Shown here: positions 48,751 to 60,500 of the stretch, in pieces
Layout of the letters: every line of letters starts with the position of its first letter
Numbering within the stretch: position 1 is the stretch's first letter
DNA from: Octopus sinensis
Lineage: Eukaryota
NCBI RefSeq assembly: GCF_006345805.1
Contig: NC_042997.1
Coordinates: forward strand, 90,830,001 to 90,894,000
Direction: 5' to 3'
DNA: 64,000 nucleotides
Notes under the pieces: generated by a model
What the model saw: only the letters and a program-made list of their open reading frames with translations
What the model was told of the DNA's origin: nothing
The model's database searches: none
Position numbers and translations under genes: made by a program

Positions 48751-51479
48751 ATCTTCCTGAAATTATAATAGCTACTCCATACATCAAGAGTATTTAGCAC
48801 ATGTTAAATAGGTTTGTAGTGTTCTCTCTCTCTCTCCCTAATAGACCGTGTTTAATGTTTTTGCTATGAATTCGTATATTCTTAATATGTTTGGTTATTC
48901 CATTCCCCACTATAACCCATTGCAGTCATCAAAAACATCACCCATCAACTCTTTCTCCGTGTAAAATATTAAAAAATAATGTAGATTTAGAATTGACATC
49001 TTTACTAATCAGATATTCAGATAACTTAATAAACAAGCTCAAAGATTATTCAAAGGAAATGGAGCAGTTATCTGCTGTCTTATTTACTAGGGTTTGATAA
49101 AACTCTGAAATTATGTGTTAACTAAACTTCAATTAGTTTCATTTTTACTTTTTCTGATTAGCTTGTATATGTCAAATCTCAAAACTAATACTGAGCCCAT
49201 ACACAAAAAATTTAAATGCATTTATCTATAATACTAGTCCAGCAGAACAGATGCATCAATATTTCAGTGAAGATTACAGCTATGTTAAATATTATCTATT
49301 GTATTTCATACCAAATAAGGATTTCATATTTATGTATAACTTTGTGATAAGTACATGGTAGCTCACAGCATGTTACTAGATAAACAAACTCTTCACATTT
49401 TTGTCAGTTTAAATCACTAGCACATCTAACATTCTCAAGAAAACAAATTATTAATAAACAGCCCAATGACTAAGATTAAAGTACTGGACCAAATTGACTA
49501 TTTAGCTAGTTCTAAGTTTATAGCTTGCGTTAACTATTGTGTGGTGATCTTAGCAAACTACATTTGACTCAGTCTCTGTGGCCAACAAGTTGTTCCATTT
49601 CAATTTTAGAACTGAATAGTAAGCAGTATAAAAAGTCTCCATCATAAAACATGAATGCAACATTATCTAAATATATAGATATGCTAGTACATTCTCTCCC
49701 AAGCATGAAGAAACAGTAAATAAGAAATAATGTCATCAAATCTAATTAATATATATATATATTTATCTAACTGCTGGTAATAAAAAAATTAGCACTGAAA
49801 TTAAACCAGTCTGATCAACAGTCAAACCAGCTTAACAATTTGTGTAAATCAACTATCCATGACAGCAGTGTAGGCGAGAGTCAAACAGATGATAGAAGTT
49901 TTACAAAACTTGATGGATTTCCATTGAACAGCTCAGACACAAACATTGATTCCGTTGTAAAAATAAGTCTACAAACACACTGGATCACATCAGAATCTGA
50001 AATTGTCATTGATAGTAGTACTGAAATGTTTTCTGAACAGCAGCATAGATCATATGAAATAGAGTTAAGCCTTTGCTTGATATCAATTATAATCTCTAAC
50101 AAAAATGATTATTTAGATTATTGATGAAAAACAAAGCTAAAAGCCTAATGCAGATAGGACAAAACGTTTTATATGTCCACTATAACTAAATATAAATGTT
50201 AACATTCACAGGACTGGCTAGTGACTTAGAGTAGGCTCTACAAATAAATAAACTCTGCAACCTTGTTTCAATTCCTGATTGAGAATATTTCACTCCTACA
50301 TAATTCTATACTTTTTCTATCGGTCTCTTTTGCCAAAGTTACGGGAAACGTAAACACACCAACATTGGTTTTCAAGTGATGGTGAGGGATGGAGGGACAA
50401 ACACAGACACACAGATATATACGACAGTCTTCTTTCAGTTTCCACCTACCAAATCCACTCACATGGCTTTGGTCGGTCCAAGACACTTGCCCAAGGTGCC
50501 ACAGTGGGACTGAACCTAGGACCATGTGGTTGATAAGCAAGCTACTTACCACACAGCCACTCCTGCACCTATATGTTTAAATTTATTTCAGACTAATTTT
50601 ACTTTGAAACATTAAGAATGCCAAGCAATTCACTGTTGACTCATTTTCTCCCATTCTTCAATAACTTCTTTGGAACAACCCTTTTATTTACCATTGTTAG
50701 CATACCTAACAGGACTTTCACTGGATTAATAAATGCACAGAGCTACTCTTAATAGATACAAACATATATAATCAATACAGACTACATAACAAAATACACA
50801 CCTAAATTTGAATCAGAAGAGAACAACAGAAAAGACTTGAACCAATCATCTATTGTTTACCAGCCAATTGCATTACTGGTTACACTACAGAGTACTTTCC
50901 ACTCCCATCATAAATCAGATACTTGGAAATTTCTTCTTTTCCCTTCCATATTGATCCTATTTTTACTTCTTTGAAAGAACTGGTTTAACTTTACAATGAA
51001 AGTCCTTCGGACTATTGAGGCATTTCTTAATTCAACAAAGAGTTAATGTCTATTAAAGATTTAAAGACTAGTAATCTGTTGACATCCTCTTCTCTTGTAA
51101 ATGGTGGTCTACGACATAAGAGATGTTCTGCACTGATCGATCCACTTTCATCATCAATGGTTCCTACTCATGGCAATGTCAACAGCTTTATTAAAACTAA
51201 TATCCTATCTGGTCAGATCATCTGGAAGTCATTAATTTGTTGCAAGTAAATCTCTTGTAACAAACTACTACACCAAATATCCGGCCAATTGGTCATATCA
51301 GTATCAGTAAACCAGGGTGGCTGTATTCTGATAAGGCAATGATACTTGATTTTTGTCCAGCCAGTGATATTTTTATCTAAATCATTCATGAGAGTGCATG
51401 CTCATGTGCAACTAATGCACAAAGGGCATGAAATGGATTACTTTGAAGCTAGTTTGGAGGATCCTATTGATGACTGGTG

Positions 51480-52620
51480 TATGGCTAGCAGGTTCATAGT
51501 GGTAAATGTAAGTTCAAGATAAGGAGTTTAAGGTTTGTAATTAATGTTTCATGTTTTGTAGAGCTACGGTGATGGCTGATGTACAATTTGTTAGCTGATA
51601 GTGAAGATTTATGGTGATAAATGTTTCAAGATAACAAAAGGTTTGAGGTCTGAAGGTTCATGATAGTGGATCATGCTTTGTAGAGCCATGATGATGGATG
51701 CATGATCCTGTTACCTGATAGTGAAGATTGGAACATGGGTTATAGATTTGTAATGATAATACAAAGTTTGTAGAGTCATGGTATATGGATCATTAGTTCA
51801 TGGTGATGGCTTGTAAATTCTTGAATCACTGGCTCATGATGATGATCAGTGTATGGTTTATTGGCTCATGGTGATAACTAAATGCTTCTAGATTGGTTCA
51901 TGATTATGAATGGTGAATTGTAGAATCATGGTGATGACTGGTACATGTTTTGAAAAATTTATGGCAATGATTGGTACATGGTTTGTTAGCTCAAGGAATT
52001 GATTGGTGCAAGGTTTGTAGAGTTATAGTAATGATTAGTCTGTGATTTATTGGATAAAGTGATGATTGGTGCATGCTTTGTTGGCTCATATTAATGACTG
52101 GTGTATGGTTTGTATATTCATAGCAATGATTGGCTCATTGTGATTGAAGCATGCTTTGTTGGCTTGTTGATATGCATGGCTTTTAGATTAATGGCAATGA
52201 TTGGTGCATGGCTTGTAGATTTATGGTGATGACTGGTGCATGGTTTGTTGGTTTATAAGGATGATCAGAGCACTGTTTGTAGATTCTTAGAGATGATTAG
52301 TGCATGGTTTGTAGGTCATTGTAATGATTAGTGCATGGATTATTAACTCATGGTGATTTGTGCTTTGTAGGTCATGGTAATGATTGGGGCATTGTCTGTA
52401 GGTCAAAGATAAGTTATTCATAGCTGGTAGAGTCATAGTGAAATAATATCATAATTTATAGGCTCAGCATGATAAATTGCTCACAACTTGTAGGTTTATG
52501 GTAATAAATGATGCATGGTTTGTAGTTCTATAATTTGAAGCTTCATTGTAGCAATTCATGCATGGATTTTGGATTAATAACTATATTCACTATGATGATT
52601 GATGCATGATCATAGTGATA
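51480..52620. repeat. Degenerate ~32-bp minisatellite (consensus ~atggtgatgattggtgcatggtttgtagattc)
   Basis: Consecutive 31-32-bp units are clearest at 51900-52420. Confidence 0.8.
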
Positions 52621-55600
52621 AATAGGGTTTGGTTTTTAGATTTACAGAGCTCAAAATATATATATATGGTACACAGTTTGTAAATTTATGACTATAATTT
52701 CAGTTCATAATTTGTAAACTTGTGTAGATAGCTATACTTTATTCTATGTCACACACATACATATATCAGATGACTATCAGTTACTGGGATTTTTTTTCAT
52801 AACTAGATGCATCTATTGATACATGCAGTCCTATTAACACCTGATTGTAGGATACAATTCTCTTCTAGCTGCTATACCCACAAGTGAAGCTGAATAGAGT
52901 ACTACAAGCTAATGAAACATTTTGTAAGTTTACAGGAATATTGGAGCATGAGGCAATCCTTAGACCTGTCAGATCCAGTCAAACCTTCCAACCCATGATA
53001 GTATGGAACATGGGTGATAAAAGACGATGGTTCTGTGGTATCTATTTATAGTTAATTGCACTTACCTATCTGTGCCAAGGACAGTATATGAACTGCCAAT
53101 ATCTCAGCTAGCCTATCTTTTGAGCCATCTGTGCTCTCTTAAAAAAAAAAATCACTGAAAATTTATAACCACAAGGAATCCTAAAATTTTAAAGCTTTCC
53201 AATTTGTATGTACTCCAGAGAATACAGGTCACCTGCTGAGACACCAGTTACTCACTAGTGATACTTCTTTGAAAAAAATTCAATAAAAATAATGTGGTTT
53301 AAAAGCATCTGACCATGGCTGGTATCAGAATTTTCAAACAAAGTGCGTCTGCCTTCTGGACTTTGTCTATCTCTTGGATTAGAAGTTTGTTAGATTATAT
53401 GTGGTGTTGAGGTTCTCTCTATCTTTGATTCATACTGTCAATTTTTGCATACCCCAAAGTTCAATTTTATTGCCCCCCCCCCTTCATCATGCACATTCAC
53501 AATCTACTTGACGTTAATTTTAACAACATTCACTCCTGTGCAAACACTCCTCTTCACTTCTTAATCTTACATTATCCACATGTAACCACAAAAACTCAAT
53601 CAAACCCGCACTGCTCCATGAAAAGATATCTTGAAAACATTCAGCAAATAGAGCAGGACACTTTTGTCTTCAGAGTACTGAGACATGTCAAGGAAACAAT
53701 CTTGTGAGAGTGTTGCTGTTGCTATACACATTAACATTCATGGTTGCATCCAACAAATTGGCAAACACTTTGCCACCAACACTTCAACCTCTAGCCTATA
53801 GAGGCCTACTGTCTCCTATCTATTCCACCACTACTAATAGTCACATACAGTTTCACCTAACTACTATACTAAAAATTATATTTATTCCATCCTCTCTAGA
53901 ATGTAAACCATTTGTATTTCCCTTCTAGCAGACATATAGATGCTCAACTTGAATATCAACTGTTATCAAGCTCATTTGTTTTGCTGGACAGACAAAGGTC
54001 ATGGACACTGACCATTCCTTTTAACTAAGCAGTGAAAAAATATCTATTACATATAACATTTGTTTTGTTCAGTTTTATTCACCATTGTTAGATGTCACAA
54101 CATACAAGAAAGAGTTACACAGTTTCCACAACTTGAAATATTTAGAATACATTTTTCTGTGCCGGTGTAGTATGTCATCTACATACATGTTTCTGGTATA
54201 GTTTGTAATCTACATTTACAATTCATCTATTTACTCCGGTTGGTTTGGTATATAACCAAAAGAAACCTTTATGATTTAAACATTTTTAGTCCTGAGCCCA
54301 TTGAAAGAAGTCGTGATGAGAGCAAAAGAATTTTACACACAGGTTATTCGAGATGAAGAAGCTGAAACAGAATTTCTCTGACGCTATGAACTCCTTAATG
54401 AACATGGAGATATTGATCCATGCAGCAAAATTTTTCTTCTTTTATTTTTTTAAATGTTTAACTCATTCCTCTAATTATAATTGCCAATTTAAAACAAAAT
54501 TTTGAATGTAGATCACAAGCTTGTCTAGATTTAAGTTGCTGTAGACCACATACTACACTGGCACCCATTTTTCTCTTTCTGGACAGCAATGGTTTTGAGG
54601 CACAACTGTACAACATGGGTCTCACTGGTTTTATTAAATACTGTAATATGAAGATTCCTTTCTTGACAATGTAACTTTTAACAAGAAAACACACCATATT
54701 AACAAAAGCAATCTTGACTAAATACAAAACCAAACAAGAGTCAACTTTAGCTGGCTGTTCTTTGTTGATGACAATAGGCAAAAGTGTTACTTGTCAATTA
54801 GATGTTTTCCTATTTGTTGTTTAGCCCCAGGTAATTGCAAACTCAGCAGACTATGATTATAAACATTTCTACAATGGCCATTACATGTTTTGTTTTTTTA
54901 GACATTATGCATCTAGAATTTCATTGCTCAATGTACTATTTCCTTTTTGAGATAGTAAGTTACAACTTTAGAGAGATTTAACTATATTTTCCATCAGGTT
55001 GTTAGTTCAAGTTCAACTTTTGTTTTCAGTCAAGAGTGCTTTTGTGGTTTCTATCTAAAGAGGTATTATGATCAAGAAACAAGTAACTTCACATTTCAAT
55101 GTCTAAAGGGCAAAGGAATTTGATAACAAATAAATTTGTGGGGCACAAGTTGTACAGTAATGCAGGCACTTCACCGATACAATATTTTTTGAAGACAGTA
55201 TTGCAAGGTAAAGAAACACATCAAATATAGATTGTTTTCACTGTCGACTGTTTTAAACTAAGGACTTGAAACATGGCATATTTCACAAGAGACCAAATAA
55301 ATGAAGCCAACCAGGTTTATCAGTCAAATTCACAAGATTCATTTGTAAACATTGAAATGCTTATATATCCTGCTACAATGGCATCACACCAGCTCGTCCC
55401 TACATGTGAAGGAGTTACTACCCTCTTTGAAAAACATTCAGAAGGGTGATTTCCTAACTACGTACCAGCCATTGTCTCAAATGGGTGCTTGGCCAATTTC
55501 TGAAACATTACCTAATTTGGGTGTTTGCCGTGCTTTCTAAACGCCATTGTCTAAAATGAGCGTTTGCCTACATGCCAATGTCTAAAAAGAGCTTTTGACA

Positions 55601-57672
55601 TCTCTAATCGCCATCGTTTAAGTGGCTGTAAATTCCTTAACTCATTTTGAGGCGCAAAACCATCGAGATCGATTCTACAAATAGATGGGCGAGCTAGGAG
55701 ACCTCCGAGTCACTTGTAGTGGCAGAGAAACGAGTAAAATTTAAGCTGCAAACCAAAAGAATATCGTACGAGTCGTAACTCAACCAGATTCGGTTGAACA
55801 ATCGCCCAAATGGTGTGCATGCGTGTATGTGTGCTTATCCGGCATTTTTTTTCTTGGTTAAACACAGGCTACAGAGTGAATTCTAAGTTACGAAAACTGA
55901 TTCGTATATATGCGCGTGCATTTGCATGTACGTGTATATGCTGAGCATATGAATGTATGAAAGAGAACAATATACAAAATACATTCGGTGTTGGAACTAG
56001 TCGCCTTGATGACAATGCAAGAAACAAAAAACTCGCAGTAGGAACACAATGATGTCCTAATTTCAAATGCATGAATACAGATATGCAAACAGAGAACAGA
56101 AACCGATAAAGAAATTAAATTATAAACCCGTTGTCAAAATATGAAATCTATTCAGTGAATTTAGTCACGACAATGTCTTTGCAAACAATTAGTTGGTCTA
56201 TTCTTGACTGCACAATTGCTCATAGAAATAGTTTCAACTGATAATTTCGGCAAATAATCAAAATATCATTCTTACAACAAAACATTACTTTTGACACATA
56301 AAATACAAATTAACACATGCATGGAACCCAGGTTAATATAGATACGTACACACGTAATATTGTTCAGTACAATGACCTAGATTTCTTCTGATTTTCCAAT
56401 TATGTTAATGGATTTTGTTTTCTCTATCGTGAAGATAAAAACGTCGTCAAGTTAATTTTTAAATTTTACACTGCCCGTCAAAAAATTTTTTGTCCGTAAA
56501 TTTTAATACAAGACTTTATTTTTTTAGTTTTGGTTTTCTTATTTCGAACTTAATATACTTTCCGTTGTGATTATTGTGAAAGACAATAAGAGTAGTGTTT
56601 CTGCTGGTTAAGAAGAAACACTGAGGATTAGAAAACTAGTTTGTTTTTGTAGTTTTCATCTATCTCGAATGATGCCATTTTGACCTGATCAAGAAAAGGC
56701 AAAAACATGTTCCAAGATAATAGATTAAATTATTACAATGAGCTATGTCTAGAATTTACTAAAGAGAACGGAAAAGGGATGGAAAGGTTAACAGCCTTGA
56801 AACAATCATAATTCACTGAAAATATAACTAAAGATATTAAGTTACGAGTTTAATTGGTTGTTGCACAGGTCAGAGAAATAAAGCAGCAAGACTATTGAGG
56901 TCAATAACTGATAAACGAAAAAAATCGATTCAAATAAATTATCACTTAAGACCTAAATACACTTGTTATAAGCATATCGATCTTTAGTGAGTTAGTGATA
57001 AATTCGTTTGTAAAATGTTGTAATAGAATTTCTTATTAAAATATGGTTAAAGAATATCAGTGGGTTGACAATTACTTGATTCGGTTTTCAATTTTTCATT
57101 GCGCATCGCCATGTTTCTCGTTCTGCCAGATGACGTCATCGCAGCCAGCAAGAAGACGAAGCTTGGGCGAAACACTTTGGCTTCTGTCTTAAAACGACCG
57201 TAATAACTTGCAATAAAATTATTCAAATCGTTTTATTACTTTTTTAATACGTAAGTATTGTCCATAAAATTAACTGAACAAAGCAATATAATTATTTTGC
57301 TTTCTAAAAAAAAAAACTGACAAGAAATTCAGCAAATGATATGCAAGCTAAAGACGAAAATAGTTCTTGAATAATGATTGCAATATGTAACAAATTGCAA
57401 ATACGTAGCCATTCTAAAACAAATGGTGCCATGTACCTTGCTTAATTTTGACGAGAGAAGGAACAAGAGAGACTTAAGTAAAACCTTTACTTGACGACGT
57501 ATAACAATATAGAAAATGCTTTTACCACGCATAACACATTCAAAAGGTCTGTTAATGAATGTGTAAAACGTCTTGTTACTGACTTGGATGTGTATGTATA
57601 TTAAGTAGGGCATATAGTGAGTATTTATCTACATTGTATTAACTGTGTTCCGAACTAGGATGGGATACTTAC

Positions 57673-57731
57673 GAATTGGTATGTAGATATTCAAAACTCA
57701 GCTGGGCTCGACTCAGGCTGCTGTAGGCCAT
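57673..57731 (-). CDS. MORC2: MORC2 coding exon 1 ([20 protein letters not shown])
   Basis: ATG at 57731 with an in-frame TAA a few codons upstream; donor TC|GTAAGT at 57672; 59 nt, ends phase 2. Confidence 0.95.
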
Positions 57732-58500
57732 GTTGAGTTAAAGGGAACTTCTTTAACCCGCCAGAATAAAAAAAAAAAAAGAAAAGTGGGGGAAAATCAA
57801 AAACTGAATTGGATAAATTATTAAAGAAATAAAATATAAAATTTTTCTTTTTAAATAAAATTCCAAATAAATAGTTAGGATATATATGTACTTTATCAGT
57901 TTACCGTTGGCTCTTTTTGTTTAAAGTAAACTGTTTACGTTGATAAACAGAAATCCATATCCGAAGTGGGTTTTAAGTCAAAACTAGCATCGGGGGAAGT
58001 CAAGATGAATTAAGTGGAGGCTGTCCACGCCTTCCCCTGGTTTATATATACGTGTGTGAGGGGGTTAGGTGGTGTATGTTTGAGTGTAACATGGACGTCG
58101 ACATCCATGGTGAAGTACTAAACTTAGTGACACAGGCGTCATTAGTCCTTCCAAAAAAAAAACGAAATGTATTGACTATAGTGATCAGGGTAGTCGCTTG
58201 ATATAGAAGTAGTAAAGTATTATAAAACGAAATTAAGAGAAAAATATAACAGACAAAAAAAAAATTTTAATTCACAGGTGAAAATTGGCAAGGTGATAAG
58301 GAGAAAACCACTGAAAACTACTGTAATTCATAGCAAAAATATACAAACTATAGAGAGAAATCGCTGTTCCAATCTCGACTTTACTTCCTAACAACTCTTA
58401 TCTGAAAATTCATTATCATACACACAAAAAAATTGTAATTATGTACTTTTTCCTTGTTAAAGTTTTCTTTTTCCATTAAATTTATTCCAAAATGCCTTAC

Positions 58501-58645
58501 CGTCGGGTTTCGTTGTACCGAAAGTATTTTAAGCGGGAAGAATTAACAAAGGAGAGAAAAAAAAGGGAGATGTTTTTTTTTGTTTTGTTCTTTGTTTTTT
58601 TTTTTTGTAACTCTTTTTTTTTTATTGTGTAAAATAGAGAGGAAG
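58501..58645 (-). other. Probable MORC2 5'UTR exon (5' boundary uncertain)
   Basis: Strong donor CG|GTAAGG at 58500. A long polypyrimidine tract and AG at 57751-57752 just upstream of the MORC2 ATG imply an upstream exon. Candidate acceptor gttgcag at 58646. Confidence 0.5.
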
Positions 58646-58667
58646 CTGCAACAGTAGTTATTGAACG

Positions 58668-58928
58668 ATGGCAGAAAGTAAGACCTGGTCAAACACAGCA
58701 AGTGGCAGCTACACGCAACATAGAGATTCCATGATATGGACATCTACAAGTAAGAAAACCAACTCTATCACAAGTTGCTGCAGCAAAGACAGTAGTAGTA
58801 GTGATGAAGAAGACCAAGAAGAAATTCAACGACTTAGAGAAGCTGCCATTTCAGTAGAGCTACATACCGAAGACGACAGTAACGCAAGTAAATTGTCACT
58901 TGTGTCTAATTATATTCTTACCATATGA
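58668..58928 (+). CDS. CUSTOS/C12orf43-like ORF or first coding exon, divergent to MORC2
   Basis: 86-aa ORF with acgATGG context. DSSSSDEEDQEEIQRLREAAISV resembles the CUSTOS SSSD..E..R.REAA motif (recalled). Possible donors at 58879 and 58888; AATAAA at 58953. No downstream CUSTOS core exon was found in the window. Confidence 0.5.
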   Translation: MAESKTWSNTASGSYTQHRDSMIWTSTSKKTNSITSCCSKDSSSSDEEDQEEIQRLREAAISVELHTEDDSNASKLSLVSNYILTI

Positions 58929-60420
58929 TATAAATACAGTAACGTCAGCAACAATAAACTGAGTGTACTATATAATAATAATAATATGGCGATGGGGCGG
59001 TATTTCCTTTGTCTCATATAATATAGTGAAGTGGCATTTATAGCTTCACTTCCCTACCTCATATCATAGCAGCCATGCCGCCGCTGCTCTTGCTGACGTC
59101 AGGTTCCTACTACCATATATGGTATGTCTGCATTATGCTAATCAACCGCGTGCGGCGCGATCGTTAGCTGCCATGTTGGATGGGTAGTAAAATAGACTGG
59201 CAGTGTTTTTCCTCATTTTTATTTTGCAAAATATCAACTCTTCGAAGTGTGTTTATTTTGGTTATAGAATGCCATGGCAAAAGTAATTCCATCTGAGGAC
59301 TATCTTAATCTTTAGCCATATCAACTGAGAATAGTATCCAGTGTAAATATATCTGGAAGACGTCGGAGCAGGGGCAGGAGACGGTGATTTGCACTCCCTA
59401 CCCCTTCCGTGAACTCAACTGCTGCCAATATGGAGAGATCTGATTTACTTTATCAGTCGTCGTTCCTCTTCTAATTCTATGCTTTGCTACACAAACAGTA
59501 GCATCAGTTAGGGTGGGGGTTCATACTATTCATTTTTAAATGTATTTCTAACCTTTTATTATTTTTTTTCTTCAACCAAGATTGTGATGCCTTGTATTAA
59601 TAATGTATTTCTTTTCACTTGTAATATTTCACATTTCAGCAACAATTTTTACTTGGTTTTGAATTTCTTTCTTTATATTGATTTTGTGTTTTCTTTTTTA
59701 GAGACTCGGTTAAGAAAAAAAAATAATCATAAATTCTGTTGTAATTATTGTATCTACAGGGATCTGGTTCTATGTTCTCTATACCCTAAATAATGATTGC
59801 TGTTAACAACCACTATAGTGCTATTCATTTCACAAGCATCTCTGCCTTCTGTTAGATTTACTACCATGTCAATTATATTTAAGTCGAGATAACACAGGCG
59901 AAGTTCTTTCTACAACTGTCTCTGCTACAACATAATTCTTTTTAAAAATATTGTTCCATATATTCATTTTTGTGCTGCTGTAATCAGCTATTCAACTCTC
60001 AAAGAGCAAGCAGCCACTTAGCTTCTCCCTCTTCTTTACCGATATTTAGCTTCTCCCTCTTCTTTACCGATATATGTGTGATATGGTTTCTCCACTTAAA
60101 TGGATATTCTCCCTATATCCTTTCTGATCTGCGTTTTCCATGCCGTTTTATAATAAAATGTATCTCTTAAGTATTTCATGTTTTCCAGTTCTCCATGGTA
60201 GTAATATATTTTCTATTCTGAAGTTGGATTAATTTTGTTCTCCTTTCTTGGCCTCTTCTACCAACTAGCTGCCTGTTTTTCTACTTATGACATTTGGCTA
60301 ATATACTTCTAGACATCTCCGTGCGTATACAATTTACATGTTTTCTACACAGCATTCATTATTTTTTATACATAAGTGTATAGGATTGTTGTTTTGTTTT
60401 TTTTTTTTTTGCGACCTTAC

Positions 60421-60500
60421 CTTTTTTTTCCTTTGTTTATATTTTTTGTTGCTTTTCCAATGGATTTCGATACCAAATGTTCTTCACTTTCTTGTCGAAC
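60421..60500 (-). other. Candidate 80-nt minus-strand exon (possible distal MORC2 5'UTR exon or antisense RNA exon)
   Basis: Textbook acceptor ttttttcccttcgcag|G and donor AAG|GTAAGG; no known protein match recognised. Confidence 0.45.

Larger units (their letters stand above)
1226..57731 (-). other. MORC2: MORC family CW-type zinc finger 2 (MORC2) gene, 5' part; 15 coding exons in window, 3' end lies beyond position 1
   Basis: The manually spliced CDS (59+54+35+69+91+109+75+221+246+46+86+141+20+135+25 = 1412 nt) is open throughout. It reads [40 protein letters not shown]...CFLDDGEGMDP...IGMYGNGLKSGSMRIG...[24 protein letters not shown]..., colinear with human MORC2 as I recall it. GHKL motifs ExxDN, DxGxGM and GxYGxGLK are intact. 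Confidence 0.97.

Noticed and set aside
50900-51400. Gypsy gag or LINE RT remnant
   Set aside because: Fragments in different frames and strands suggest different classes; not supportable.
51480-52620. CRISPR-like periodic array
   Set aside because: The units are contiguous and degenerate with no unique spacers, and the context is eukaryotic with no cas genes.
53489-53928. Signal-peptide-like ORF MRVLLLLYTLTFMV… and possible Penelope remnant
   Set aside because: TTG start, no splice support, no recognisable domain, and the Penelope motifs are too weak to call.
54250-54781. ISXO2/Merlin-like transposase or 107-aa minus ORF
   Set aside because: Only a vague N-terminal resemblance, and no DDE motifs were found.
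57076-57112. Alternative first coding exon from the ATG in the YY1 motif
   Set aside because: It ends in phase 1 while exon 2 needs phase 2, which gives a stop in exon 3.
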